From IMG/VR virus record IMGVR_UViG_3300017911_002034, positions 1 through 47,117 of that record: 47,117 nucleotides of DNA; one strand, written 5' to 3'. Shown in pieces: positions 18,636-29,886 of this stretch. The notes below the pieces were generated by a model that saw only the letters and a program-made list of their open reading frames with translations, was not told where the DNA came from and did not search any database. The position numbers and the translations under genes are program-made. Positions within the stretch are counted from its first letter, which is position 1. Every line of letters starts with the position of its first letter. Source of the DNA: a virus (taxonomy: Duplodnaviria > Caudoviricetes).

Positions 18636-21600
18636 TTATGCCTGCAATGCAATCGCTCTAAGATTTTTAACTTTAGGTGTATTAGATGTATTGCTTGTTT
18701 TAAATACAATCTTAACAGCAAACTTCTTAAATTCACTAAAAGTAGTAAGTGCAGGTGCATTAGAAGTTACTGCACCACCTGTGCCCCCACCTCCACTAAG
18801 TGTAATCGTTGGTGTTGTGGTTGCTGTATAACGACCTGGGTTAGTAATTACCAAGGAACTAATTGCACCACCACTCAATGTTACATAACCCTCTGCTTGT
18901 TTATCTGCGGTTCCACCTGAGAATGTAACTGTAGGTGGAGATGTATAACCTGAACCACCTGTTACCGAAGCTGAACCGGATACACGATATATATCATATT
19001 CAAATACACCACTGTTCAAACCTGCTGAAGGTGCAGATCCTTTAGTAGGCAGTTTATAATTATATTCTACAAATGAACTTTGTGACAAACCATCATTTTT
19101 AGGTGTTGCAACCAATTCCATTTCAATCCACTTAAGATCATTATCAAAGTTTGCATCATCATCTACTGATAAAAACTTACCATAAACTTCAATGCCTGCA
19201 TCCTGAGGAATCAGTGCATCCACAAATACTTGCAAATCTTCAGCCTCTTGGCCGTCATCTAGAATAATTGTTTTAGAAACATATCTAGCATTTGCATTAC
19301 CACCTTTAATACCATCTTCATCAGTAGTATCATTATTAATATCATACGATGTAATAATATAAGATGCTCTGGACAAATCAATTACCGGTGATAATTTACT
19401 ATCTGTAGATGAGAATGTAGCAGTTGAGTTAAATGACTTATTACTACTAAGATTAGCAACTTCATTGGATTTAGAATATACAGCATATTCTATATCTGTT
19501 TTTGTATTGACACCAGGTGTCAAATCAAAATCTGTATTTCCTTTAACTGAAACCCCTGAAGGTTTAGTTGGAGTATATTGATGTGAAACACCTGTGCCTG
19601 GGAAAATAATTTCACCAAAGTTATGTTGGATTTTGTTAAACAATTTATTTTCAATTGTGTCAATAGTAGAAACTGTTGTGCCATTTGAAATTTTGTCAGA
19701 TGTATCCAAGTTTTCCTTTGTTTCCCTGATACGAGCAACGTTAAAGTGTTCTGAGAAGTATTCAATTACACCTGTTTTGGTTGTAATATCAAAAACTGCA
19801 CCCGAACCTGAACCAGTTGTTGATGCCTGACCAACATTTGCGCCGTCAGCAGTATATCCGGAACCGTGATTCTCAACTTCAAATGTTGAAATAGCACCTG
19901 AGGATACCGTCAAAACTTTAATCTTAGCACCTGTGCCATTACCAAATGTGTTGAGTGTAATTACGTCATTAACAGCATAACCTGAACCAGCGGTATCAAG
20001 AGTTACGTCAAATGCGTGAATAACATCACCTGCATTAGGATAGCCGCTTGTGAAATCAATAAGTTTACAATAATCAATATCACCATTTGTAAATACAGCA
20101 TCACCACCTGTTAAATCAAATTCCGCTCTATACATCTTAAACTTGATATCTTCATCTTGGAAAGGTGTAAAGGTGCTATTGTTTGAGGAGGTAAACAACA
20201 AACCATCTGTTGTTGTATCTTCAGCAAGAATTCTTTGTGTTGTGCCTACTGCATTTTCACCCAATTCAGATACCCAAACTTCATAGTTAGGATCATTAAG
20301 TTGTGGTAAAATAACAAAACAATACTCTCTACCAGGTTTCAAATATACAAGTGAATCAAACTCTACTGTTGTAGCATTAAATGTTACAGTTCCATCAGCC
20401 GCAGTTGTTGATGTATTAACATCAGAGGCTTCTAAAAACTTGTTAGCATATGGCAAAATTGTTTTACCTGGGAAGCCATTTACAGTTTCTCGAATTTGAA
20501 CTGTAACACCATTAATATCACCACCATCAACTGGTGCAGTAGTTGGTTTGTTTCTAAAGAATAAATCAATTTTACTCAGGAATATGCCAGTTGTTTCCCG
20601 AACCATAAATGTTTGTGCGAGAGGGTCTTCATCTCTAATATTAATAGTAGTATCAATTCTACCTGTGAGTGTAGGATCATTTAGTCTAACATCGGTTACA
20701 ATACCGGATAATGTATCTGTATTTACATCCTCAGATAGTGTAACTGCAATATTAGGAACCTGTGTTGAAATAGTTAATTCACTTTCAAGTTGTTTTAATC
20801 CAAATGAATCAAATGTAGCCTGTGCAGATGTAGTTGTAAATGACTGTCTGTTTTTACTATCATCTGACAAAACAAATGGTCTGCTACCAATTCTAAATGT
20901 GTCTCTAGGAATTCTAAATTGAACTACAATACGTCCTTGGCTATCTGTTACTAGATTATCACCAAAGTCATTTGTCGTATCACTGATTCCTGACCACCAG
21001 TTGTCAACAGTTAAAAGATTAGGCAAGTTTGCATATGGAATTTGTTTACAATGTGTGGAAACATCATCATTATCAAAGAAAGAAAATACTCTTGTATTAG
21101 GCTTCAATCTTGTTGCAACAAAAGTTACAATTTGAGGACGCATAAACTTAGCAAATTCAATGTTTGTTACAACGTTGCCAAAAGATCCTTCCTGCAACAT
21201 ATCCCCTTGAGATGTTGAAATTTGAACATCATTGCTTGTAAGTTTAATATCACTTTCTTCAACTTGCCCTGTAATTTGCAAGTCTAAACTAGCACTTGAA
21301 CCCCCGCTTCCTCGCAATCTACGTGATCTATCATTTACGTTTACATTGGCATCAATTTGACCATTGGAGTTAAGGTCAATAGGATCTGGTTGTGTTGTAG
21401 ACTGACCCATAGTTAATTGTGTATTGCCTTCAAGACCAATCTGACCTAAGGCATCAAAAGCATCTTCAAGTGCATCTCCAAAGTTGGATAACGCAACATT
21501 TCTTTCACCGCTACCATCAGGCCCTTGTGTTGTATAGTTATCTGAAGGAGGATATGCTTCCATATCGCCTACATAGTTAAACAACAAATCACCGACAGCA

Positions 21601-24600
21601 TTTCTAAATTTAGATGCTTTTTTGTTTTCCTTATATGTGGAATGACTATATGCAAGTGTTACAAGATTACCTTTTCTTGTAATCTCACTTGAGGAGTTAA
21701 CACTATCAAAAACTACATCAATATTTTCTTCTTTGAAGTTAGCTGTAGCATATTTACCAATAGGATTGATTGCATAATTTAGATCAGTATTTTGCCTATT
21801 TGCAAGGTCATAGTTGTTGAAACGCTCAACAAAGAAACCGTTTTTAAATCTATCATTGCCACTAGAATCTAGAATGAGTTTATCCTTAGTATCTCTTTCT
21901 AAGAAGTTAATCGCAGTATAATATTCCAATCGGTTAATTCTAGTTTCAATGGCACCAATATCCTGCATTGTAAAACGACGATTTTGCTTTAATCTTGTTG
22001 ATACTTGCAAATCCGGACGACCTTGTTGTTTAGCAACATGAGGTGAAATCGAAGGATAAGGAGGAATTGTAATTTGTGCTAACACCATTGAATCTGCGGG
22101 ATCAATTGGCGGCGTGGGTGAGTTTGAATAATCACCCTTAACAGATTTCAACAAACCTTTATCTGTCAAAACAACCTTGTCAATACGACCCTGATAATAC
22201 TCAGCGTCAGTTGTAAATGATTCAGTAGGAATTGGGAACTGATAATCCGCAGTATCATCAAGCTCTAATGTATCCAATGGATTTTCGGATGCACTACCAA
22301 CAGACGTTGTATCTGTGGCTGTTTTCTTAACATATGGACGGAAATCTATACAATCCCGCAAGTCAAATCTTTGTGACAAGTTTTCTGAATAGTAAACAGG
22401 AATTTCATATGTGAAAATACCTGATGCACCGGTGTCATCTACAGGGTAGGAGTTGACAGCAAAGTATGTTGAATTCGAGGAACCATAGTTAGGAGACAAG
22501 TAAGAAAGTTTTACTGTAATTTTTTTACTGCTTGTCCCTACAACGGCTGAAGGTTTTACAACTAGTTTGGAGTGACCATAAAAGTTATCAGTTTGACCTG
22601 TTTCAAGTTTAAACTGTTCTTTTACATCTGTTCCAGAGCTAAGATAACTACCTGACGAAGGCCCTACTAAAACTTCTTCAATTTTATAAACACCGGGCAA
22701 CCCGAGGTTCCATGGACCGTCGGCTCCGGCTGGATGTGTAGATGTATCAATAGTTACATATCTACCTGAAAGTGCATTGAGAGAAACAGGTGCTTCATCA
22801 GTAACTTTAACTTTTACAAAAATCTTAACATCGGTAGCGGTGCTCCAGGATGTGCCGAAATCAAAGTTAATTGCAGTGGAAGAAACTGAAGAAATGTTAC
22901 TTGTTTGAACATCAAAAATTCTCCCCGCCGCATATGATACTGTATCAATAGTAACAGCGGATTGAACAACCACTACAAACTCATCATCCAACTGTGTTTG
23001 TGTAGGTGTGGATGAATATGGGAAAGTTTCGTTACCTGAAACGGTGATTGTTGCCGTTCCGTCTGTAGCAACAGTAGCAGTAAATTCTTTCTGATATGTG
23101 TAATTCAAATCATATGTATTACCTGTATCAACATTAAGTTTGCTTGTTGCCGTAATAGGAGATCTGAAAACCATCTGGTTAAACTTAGGCTCTTTCAAAA
23201 CAGCCGCAGAACTTTCAAGAACAGTATCAGCAAACCCATCTGCTGTCCCGTTGTAATAGATAGTTCTTACATCCGCAAATTTACCACCATACATACGAAT
23301 ATCATAAAGATACAATCTATATTCGGCGGCGGCCGCACCAGGCGTTCCAGATTCTCTCTTAATTTGGCGAACACGCGCTTGACCAATTTTTGTTCCTGAT
23401 GTGCTAGCACCAGAATATGTTGTAGCTGTAACAGCGCCCACGGCAGTATCATAAAGTTCTACGAGATCGCCATCTGCTAAATCCCAATTACCTGCAACTT
23501 CATCTACAACAACATAGTTACCATATGCTGTGGATGTAGTAAAGTTTTCTTCAATGACTTTATTAATACCCTTATCTACTGCAAGGTGAGATCTACCGAA
23601 AAATCTTCTTTTACGACCTCTAACCATACCAATACCATCACCGACTGTAATAGCAATTTTATCAGAATCGCCACCGTCTGCAGATGCTAGATAACCATTA
23701 TTAGTTGATGTTCTTAAGTGTTCACGAACGCCGATAGAAAAGTTTTTAATTACATAGTTACCACTTTCATCATATGTTCTTTCAGCGAGAATATCACCAA
23801 TAATACGATAAAAGTCCAAATCATCTTTAACAGATGTTGTAATAAGACCGTCTTCTACTTTATATAAGGACACAAACTCTGCATCATTATCTGCTGTCAA
23901 TCCAAGTTTTGCAATCTCAGTAGTAATTTTATAGCGATCCGCGCCGGGTGCATTAAAGTTAAATGTGCCTGTCGCTGGGTCATTAAGTGTGCTATCGTCA
24001 TCAGCCGTTACAAGACTGTCCTTTAATTTAACACCTACATATGTATTGGCATTGTTTTTATATTTTTCTAGCGTAATTTCCTGGTTGTCATGCTGAACAA
24101 AGTAGCCGCTAATATAGATAATGCCGTCTTCAATTACAAAGAATAGACCATTACCAAAATAGTTACGAGTTACGTCAGATGAATCTGTGCCGTTGTCAAC
24201 AACAAAAGTATCACCATTGCGACCTGAATCTGTTGAAGTCACAGTAAGTGTTTCACCTGCATCAAAGTGCAAATATGTGCCTGCATCATCACCACCAGTG
24301 TAAGAAATATAAAGTGTTTTCTTATCAACAGCATCAGTATCAACGCCTGTTTCAACTTTATCAATTGTGGCTGTCAAACCAGTTACACTACCTGTAATTT
24401 GGTCGCCTATATAGTTTGCTAGGTCGTCATTATCAACTGTTCCAGAAGAGGCATCCAAATCATTAATTTTAATGTAATCACGTTTTTTAACAATACCCTT
24501 GGCACCGAGAATAGGTGTCCCATCAATAAAAACATGGTCTGCAAAACGAGACATGCTCTTTTGCAAAATAGTTTGCAGTTGTGTTAGCTCTCTCGCTTGA

Positions 24601-24692
24601 ACAGCAACACCTGGTTTGAACAAAATACGTTCAAACTTTTTACTTGCAGTATAGTCATCAAAATAAGGACTAGTATTTAAATTCAGTGCCAT
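18636..24692 (-). CDS. Large virion structural protein (VrlC/DUF4815-like)
   Basis: N-terminal NLNTSPYFDD...LFKPG..VQARELTQLQ, NAPGADR, RTYDESGNY, LEYYT, RFKNGF, DPLAQTF, and C-terminal LRAIAL. Confidence 0.85.
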   Translation of the reverse strand: MALNLNTSPYFDDYTASKKFERILFKPGVAVQARELTQLQTILQKSMSRFADHVFIDGTPILGAKGIVKKRDYIKINDLDASSGTVDNDDLANYIGDQITGSVTGLTATIDKVETGVDTDAVDKKTLYISYTGGDDAGTYLHFDAGETLTVTSTDSGRNGDTFVVDNGTDSSDVTRNYFGNGLFFVIEDGIIYISGYFVQHDNQEITLEKYKNNANTYVGVKLKDSLVTADDDSTLNDPATGTFNFNAPGADRYKITTEIAKLGLTADNDAEFVSLYKVEDGLITTSVKDDLDFYRIIGDILAERTYDESGNYVIKNFSIGVREHLRTSTNNGYLASADGGDSDKIAITVGDGIGMVRGRKRRFFGRSHLAVDKGINKVIEENFTTSTAYGNYVVVDEVAGNWDLADGDLVELYDTAVGAVTATTYSGASTSGTKIGQARVRQIKRESGTPGAAAAEYRLYLYDIRMYGGKFADVRTIYYNGTADGFADTVLESSAAVLKEPKFNQMVFRSPITATSKLNVDTGNTYDLNYTYQKEFTATVATDGTATITVSGNETFPYSSTPTQTQLDDEFVVVVQSAVTIDTVSYAAGRIFDVQTSNISSVSSTAINFDFGTSWSTATDVKIFVKVKVTDEAPVSLNALSGRYVTIDTSTHPAGADGPWNLGLPGVYKIEEVLVGPSSGSYLSSGTDVKEQFKLETGQTDNFYGHSKLVVKPSAVVGTSSKKITVKLSYLSPNYGSSNSTYFAVNSYPVDDTGASGIFTYEIPVYYSENLSQRFDLRDCIDFRPYVKKTATDTTSVGSASENPLDTLELDDTADYQFPIPTESFTTDAEYYQGRIDKVVLTDKGLLKSVKGDYSNSPTPPIDPADSMVLAQITIPPYPSISPHVAKQQGRPDLQVSTRLKQNRRFTMQDIGAIETRINRLEYYTAINFLERDTKDKLILDSSGNDRFKNGFFVERFNNYDLANRQNTDLNYAINPIGKYATANFKEENIDVVFDSVNSSSEITRKGNLVTLAYSHSTYKENKKASKFRNAVGDLLFNYVGDMEAYPPSDNYTTQGPDGSGERNVALSNFGDALEDAFDALGQIGLEGNTQLTMGQSTTQPDPIDLNSNGQIDANVNVNDRSRRLRGSGGSSASLDLQITGQVEESDIKLTSNDVQISTSQGDMLQEGSFGNVVTNIEFAKFMRPQIVTFVATRLKPNTRVFSFFDNDDVSTHCKQIPYANLPNLLTVDNWWSGISDTTNDFGDNLVTDSQGRIVVQFRIPRDTFRIGSRPFVLSDDSKNRQSFTTTSAQATFDSFGLKQLESELTISTQVPNIAVTLSEDVNTDTLSGIVTDVRLNDPTLTGRIDTTINIRDEDPLAQTFMVRETTGIFLSKIDLFFRNKPTTAPVDGGDINGVTVQIRETVNGFPGKTILPYANKFLEASDVNTSTTAADGTVTFNATTVEFDSLVYLKPGREYCFVILPQLNDPNYEVWVSELGENAVGTTQRILAEDTTTDGLLFTSSNNSTFTPFQDEDIKFKMYRAEFDLTGGDAVFTNGDIDYCKLIDFTSGYPNAGDVIHAFDVTLDTAGSGYAVNDVITLNTFGNGTGAKIKVLTVSSGAISTFEVENHGSGYTADGANVGQASTTGSGSGAVFDITTKTGVIEYFSEHFNVARIRETKENLDTSDKISNGTTVSTIDTIENKLFNKIQHNFGEIIFPGTGVSHQYTPTKPSGVSVKGNTDFDLTPGVNTKTDIEYAVYSKSNEVANLSSNKSFNSTATFSSTDSKLSPVIDLSRASYIITSYDINNDTTDEDGIKGGNANARYVSKTIILDDGQEAEDLQVFVDALIPQDAGIEVYGKFLSVDDDANFDNDLKWIEMELVATPKNDGLSQSSFVEYNYKLPTKGSAPSAGLNSGVFEYDIYRVSGSASVTGGSGYTSPPTVTFSGGTADKQAEGYVTLSGGAISSLVITNPGRYTATTTPTITLSGGGGTGGAVTSNAPALTTFSEFKKFAVKIVFKTSNTSNTPKVKNLRAIALQA

Positions 24693-24701
24693 TTGCTTGC
24701 C

Positions 24702-26306
24702 TTAGAAGTTAAAAATAACTTTAATTGTTTCTACTTGGTTTTCATCTCTTGTAATAGGACGTCTATTGTCAATGTATAAAATTTCACCTGAGTGGTTACT
24801 GACTTCTGGGTCTGTAACACCCGTGATATTTATATTAGTTTGACCAGTTGTTTTATTCGTAATAACGGAACCTGAGTTGATACCTGGAAGTTTTTCTAGG
24901 AGATATACAGTATCTTTTGTCCCATCATTATCAGTATCTAAAATTTGAATAACAGTAAATTCACCTCCATCATCAGTGGTGACTGTATCGTCCAAATTAA
25001 ATTTTGCAATGTTTGTTGAATTTGCTGTAGCTACATGACATGTTGTTCCAATAGCTGCTGTATATGTTGCTGTTTCGGCATAATTGTGCATATTTTTAAG
25101 AATGCCAATTTGTCTAAAATCATTATCGACAATAATATCATTATCATCACTAACAAAGGAAACAGTAACACCCACATTTTTTGCAAAAAGTTCTCTAGGA
25201 GGATTGCCGCCATGTCCTTCATATGGAGATACAACAGGGCGAAGAGTTAGTCCTGTGCCTGCGCCGACAGACTGTGTAACTTCAAGATTGACAAAAGTGT
25301 AGCCGGAGCCTGGATCTGTAACAGTAACACCTGTGACAGTGCCTGCCGCATTAACTGTTGCACTAGCTGTTGCGCCTGTTCCATCACCTTTTACTGTGAT
25401 AACAACATCACCTTGAATATAGTCAACACCGCCGGCTGTAACTTCAACCCGATCCAATGTCCCACTAACCGCCGTAGACTCTACTGCTTGTTGTAATGAA
25501 GGGGTTTCTGTAGAACCAAGTTCCGCAGTAGCAGTTGCACCGGTGCCACCACCACCAGTAATTTTAATTACAGCAAAACTATAACCTCGCCCAGCATTAT
25601 TAATAGTAATAGCACTAACAGCACCAGCAGAAAGAGTTGCTGTTGCTGTTGCACCCGTGCCGTCACCCTCAATAATAATATTAGGAGCAGTCGTATAACC
25701 CGAACCACCTGTATCCACAGTAATAGAGTCCAACTCACCATTTACATCAAATGATGGGTTGCCGCTACCTGCTACCTTACGAACAGGCATAAAGTTAGTT
25801 GTCAAGAATTTAGTTCTGTCGGCTGAACCAATTTGATACATAAATTTCCAAATATAACCATCATCCAATTCAAACTGTTCAGTTCCTGTAGATGTTGGTT
25901 TAATTGTGCTTTGTGCATTATCATTATTATCAAGACATTTATACACATTAAACTCATCGGTTAAAACGTAAAATTTAGCCGATGATAAGTTTTCTGCACC
26001 ACTATAGGCAGGGTGATTGTCTGCATATTCATCATCATACTGGTCATAAACTGTGCCTGTTTCCCAATCATATCTACTAATTAGCTGAACAGCATCAGCC
26101 GCTTGAACTCTTTTTACAAACATCATATTATGTCTGTAATCAGCTTGATAAAACTGGGAATCCCTAGGAGTGTCAGGTGAATTATCATCGTCCCAAGGTA
26201 ATGCCCTTGAGGCAAACATATAAAAGAAATCGTTTTCGTTAAAGATATCTCTGTAAAACGATCTCGCTAACTGAACTCTAGCGGCTTCTCTAATTAACAG
26301 TGCCAT
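24702..26306 (-). CDS. g8: Baseplate wedge protein gp8 with inserted Gly/Thr-rich modules
   Basis: FYVLTDEFNVYKCLDN, DGYIWKFMY, GHG, DFRQIG and SGEILYIDNR..ITR...Q.E.IK. Confidence 0.88.
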   Translation of the reverse strand: MALLIREAARVQLARSFYRDIFNENDFFYMFASRALPWDDDNSPDTPRDSQFYQADYRHNMMFVKRVQAADAVQLISRYDWETGTVYDQYDDEYADNHPAYSGAENLSSAKFYVLTDEFNVYKCLDNNDNAQSTIKPTSTGTEQFELDDGYIWKFMYQIGSADRTKFLTTNFMPVRKVAGSGNPSFDVNGELDSITVDTGGSGYTTAPNIIIEGDGTGATATATLSAGAVSAITINNAGRGYSFAVIKITGGGGTGATATAELGSTETPSLQQAVESTAVSGTLDRVEVTAGGVDYIQGDVVITVKGDGTGATASATVNAAGTVTGVTVTDPGSGYTFVNLEVTQSVGAGTGLTLRPVVSPYEGHGGNPPRELFAKNVGVTVSFVSDDNDIIVDNDFRQIGILKNMHNYAETATYTAAIGTTCHVATANSTNIAKFNLDDTVTTDDGGEFTVIQILDTDNDGTKDTVYLLEKLPGINSGSVITNKTTGQTNINITGVTDPEVSNHSGEILYIDNRRPITRDENQVETIKVIFNF

Positions 26307-26328
26307 ATTCTAACTCCTAGGTTATATC

Positions 26329-26790
26329 TTAGGTGTCAGATACAGTAAGTGTCCAAGTAATTTTCAATGTGTCATCTGCAGCTTTGTTCACAACCGAGAA
26401 AGTTGTGCGGCAAAGCATTGTGCCAGCAGAAGCAGCGTTGAACACACCAGCTTCAGTAACAGCACCTGTGCCTGTGCCTGCTGGGAAGTCACCTACATAT
26501 TCAACAGTATTAGTTGAAACAGTTTGTGATGTCAGCGAAACACGAGAGGAAGCAATAGCTGTTTCCAATGCGCTGTCGCCAGCGGCTGGAGCAGTTGTGC
26601 CTGTGCCAACTTCCATGTGTGACATACGAGTTGCAGGTGAAGATTCGCCAAGACGGTCAGCAATATGCTCAAGACCATCGTCAACAACGAGGTTCTTCAC
26701 TTTTCTTTCTTCTTTGAGTTCACCATTTGGTCCAAACACTTGAATGTGGACGCGACCAGCGGCTCTCATTTTTTCAGCATCAAAAAACAT
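26329..26790 (-). CDS. Small virion structural protein (tail-collar/fibre-attachment-like)
   Basis: Pattern NLVV...GTGTTA...TEAGVFNA..GTML.R...NK...DTL.ITW; preceded by two late promoters. Confidence 0.6.
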   Translation of the reverse strand: MFFDAEKMRAAGRVHIQVFGPNGELKEERKVKNLVVDDGLEHIADRLGESSPATRMSHMEVGTGTTAPAAGDSALETAIASSRVSLTSQTVSTNTVEYVGDFPAGTGTGAVTEAGVFNAASAGTMLCRTTFSVVNKAADDTLKITWTLTVSDT

Positions 26791-26825
26791 TTAAATTCTC
26801 CTAGTTATATAGAATGCTTGTAGTT

Positions 26826-26845
26826 TATTTATAACGATATTTATA
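26826..26845 (-). promoter_or_regulatory. Tandem late promoters TATAAATA (26826-26833 and 26838-26845)
   Basis: Two exact matches in the intergenic gap. Confidence 0.75.
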
Positions 26846-26853
26846 TTAAAAAT

Positions 26854-29800
26854 TTAGAAATTAGTAGAACTTCCTACATAGTCTTCAGCAAAATAATCAC
26901 CAGCATAGTTTTGAATGATAAGAACGCCTGTATCTGCAACTTCATAATTATCATCTGGCGCTGTTGTTACATCAAATGTTTGGTCATCATCATCGATGCC
27001 TGAGCCATCTGATGGTATTTTACCAAATTCAAGGACCTCATCCTCATCTACATCAGGGCTGTCTGTTTTAACAAGTCCAGGTTCTAAGGATGCACCATCT
27101 TCTGCAATTCCTACTGAGTCTGCAGATAGACGTGTAATTGTCAGTGCAACATCCTCTGACCAATCAACCTCCTCAGTTGGATCTCTAAGAATCACCTTCA
27201 GTAGAACAATATCGGAATCATCAAATCCAAACCCATCTGAAATGGTTGGTTTATGAACATCGAGAGCAGGTTCATCTTGAATTAATGGTTCATCTGTTTT
27301 TACTAGTTCAACATCAAGTTGTTGATCTGTATCATCCATTTCGGCTGTTTCAGATTTAACAAGTCCCGGCTCTAGTATTGCTTCATCATCTTGGAATTCA
27401 AATGCGTCTGCAATTGTTGGTTTATGAATATCCTTCTGAACAAGCTCAGAAAGTTCTACAATTTCAACCTCAGCAAACAAGCGGAATACAAAGATATCAG
27501 GAACAACATTAATGTTAGGACTAAAATCAATTACATGATTAATTTGCAAATCAGCAAAATTTGCCATACCTGCAGGGTGAGCAGTTCTTTGCAATGCCTC
27601 ACCCCATTCACTCTTAGGTAGGGAAGTCCTAATTTGATAAGAGAATGGTTGATAAACTGCATTATCCTGAAGTCTATTGGCATCAGAAAGGAAACCTTTG
27701 GAATCTTTAAATGTTCCAGGGAATGTATGTGCAAAACCCGTTGTGCATGTAATTGTTGCTGTTTCATCATTAGGTGAACGCAATACAAAATCAAAACTAG
27801 CTCTTTGGAAACCAACACCTGTGGAAATAATTTCAACCGCTGTTGGATAATTGTCACTATCAATAGATTTAATTCTAACAAAGGCATCATTTTCAATACC
27901 TGTAAGAGTATAATCTTCAAGGAAATAATCAATAGCATAGACACCGAGAATGTCACCTGTTTCTGCAACAGAATAGGCTTGCCCTACTTTAAATCCACCA
28001 TCAGACGTTCCGGTATTAGTTTTTATAGTAACAGCATTCAACACGCGAGTAAGAAAACCTGTTTTATTGGCAAGTGTATCCGAGACACCTTCTAAACCAA
28101 CCCATGTTCTAACTGAATCTGTATTAATTGTAAGTGTAGGGACATTATTATATCCCACACCCTTTGTATTGTTAACAAAAACTGTGCTTGTTATTGCACC
28201 ATTTGAAACTCTAGAATCAATGAGAGCAGTTGTTGTTATTGTGTCGGCTGAATTTGGCGTTACAACAATATCTGGGTTAGCACTATATCCCTGTCCGCCC
28301 TCATCAATCGTAACTGAAAAGATTTTACCATTTGTAATTGTAGCAACATCAAATGTCAATGCCGCCGCGCCGCCGCCACCTAATTGTGCATCAGCAATAG
28401 TAATTGTTTCATCGGGCGCATAATCGTCACCGGAATCACTAACTGAAATTGTAGCCGCACCCGAACCATCAACAGTTACACTAAATTCTGCACCCGTTCC
28501 ATTACCATCTGTAGTATAATCTGAGGAGCCGATAGCATATGTGCCTGCAGTCCTTAGTGCATCTGCGGCACCAATTGTATCTACTGTTGCAATTTCACCG
28601 CCAATAACCGCGGTTAATTCTGCTTCAACACCTGGTCCTGGAATTTCTGTATCTGCCGGCAACCCAATAGTCATCTCGTATGCAGATGGGTTTGTATAAG
28701 CAATTTTTTTAATACGAGTTACAGAAGTATTAAGTCTTTTTCTCGCTGTAATAGAAGCAGTAGATTCATAATAAACAATATCTACTTTTTTACCTCTTAA
28801 AGAGAAGGGATTAGGAATAGGAGAAATTTCTTCATTGGCATAAATTTTAGCAGTTACTTCTCTAGAGTAAAAACCATCAGACGGTTTCAACACAAACTCA
28901 GAGGGTCTTACTACTTCTACTTCTTCACCATATACAGCACGGAAGAATGTTTGAACGCCTTTGCGGGAACCTTTTGCTTCATAGAACTCTCTAATGCGTT
29001 TAATTAAAAACCGAGTATCCAATTTGGAATCTTCAGGAAAATCAATTGCATATTGTTGCAACATGATTGTGAGAAAATCATCATGGTAATGATCAATATT
29101 TAATCTACTAATTAATTCTTGTAATAGATAATTGGGGCTTAATGTAGAAGCACCGACAGCATCAGCGTCTGTTTCTCCTAAGTCTAGAAAATCAAAATAT
29201 TTTTCAATAAACTTTGCAAATGTAGGATATTCCTCTTTTACAAAAGAAGGAATTGTAAACGGAACAATATATGAATTATTATCATGGAAATAAAGTTGAG
29301 TCTTATTTACAAGATTAATAGTAGGTGTGAATACGGCACCCGAACCCTGTGCAATTGTTGAGACTTCAAGAACAGCACGATTGCCCGTCCCATCGCCACC
29401 TATTTGGTTATTTGCAATATAAATTAAATCATCTTCTGCAAACTTTTTATTTGTGCCGCTGTCGGTAATTGTTGCCGAAGTAATTGACCCATCTGAGCCA
29501 ACAACAATTGTAAACTCTGCACCTTCACCCTGACCATCAGAGGAATCCATAGGAACAACAGTGTATGTTCCTGCTGTCCTTGAGGAATCTGCGCCATTTT
29601 CTGTTGCAGATGTAACAGTAACACCTGTAAGTTTACCTATCAGATATACTTTGGGTAGAGGATCAATTAGATATCCGTCACCAGCTTCTGTAAGAGTAAG
29701 TGTATCAACAATATTACTAGAAATAGTAATTGTTGCAGTAGCTTGTATTTTTTCTTGTTCAGCTACTGTGGATGTAGGTGCTTCAATGAAAAGCGTCGGT

Positions 29801-29886
29801 GGATCAACACTACTATAACCAGAACCAGCATTAGTAATGGCAATACTTTCAATATATCTTTTAAAACTGGGTCCGGTTCTTGCCAT
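26854..29886 (-). CDS. g7: Baseplate wedge initiator gp7-like protein
   Basis: P.FVKEEYPTF..F...Y, FY.AKGS....FFR, LQDN..YQ.FSY and HPAG; located after gp6; long acidic C-terminus. Confidence 0.78.
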   Translation of the reverse strand: MARTGPSFKRYIESIAITNAGSGYSSVDPPTLFIEAPTSTVAEQEKIQATATITISSNIVDTLTLTEAGDGYLIDPLPKVYLIGKLTGVTVTSATENGADSSRTAGTYTVVPMDSSDGQGEGAEFTIVVGSDGSITSATITDSGTNKKFAEDDLIYIANNQIGGDGTGNRAVLEVSTIAQGSGAVFTPTINLVNKTQLYFHDNNSYIVPFTIPSFVKEEYPTFAKFIEKYFDFLDLGETDADAVGASTLSPNYLLQELISRLNIDHYHDDFLTIMLQQYAIDFPEDSKLDTRFLIKRIREFYEAKGSRKGVQTFFRAVYGEEVEVVRPSEFVLKPSDGFYSREVTAKIYANEEISPIPNPFSLRGKKVDIVYYESTASITARKRLNTSVTRIKKIAYTNPSAYEMTIGLPADTEIPGPGVEAELTAVIGGEIATVDTIGAADALRTAGTYAIGSSDYTTDGNGTGAEFSVTVDGSGAATISVSDSGDDYAPDETITIADAQLGGGGAAALTFDVATITNGKIFSVTIDEGGQGYSANPDIVVTPNSADTITTTALIDSRVSNGAITSTVFVNNTKGVGYNNVPTLTINTDSVRTWVGLEGVSDTLANKTGFLTRVLNAVTIKTNTGTSDGGFKVGQAYSVAETGDILGVYAIDYFLEDYTLTGIENDAFVRIKSIDSDNYPTAVEIISTGVGFQRASFDFVLRSPNDETATITCTTGFAHTFPGTFKDSKGFLSDANRLQDNAVYQPFSYQIRTSLPKSEWGEALQRTAHPAGMANFADLQINHVIDFSPNINVVPDIFVFRLFAEVEIVELSELVQKDIHKPTIADAFEFQDDEAILEPGLVKSETAEMDDTDQQLDVELVKTDEPLIQDEPALDVHKPTISDGFGFDDSDIVLLKVILRDPTEEVDWSEDVALTITRLSADSVGIAEDGASLEPGLVKTDSPDVDEDEVLEFGKIPSDGSGIDDDDQTFDVTTAPDDNYEVADTGVLIIQNYAGDYFAEDYVGSSTNF

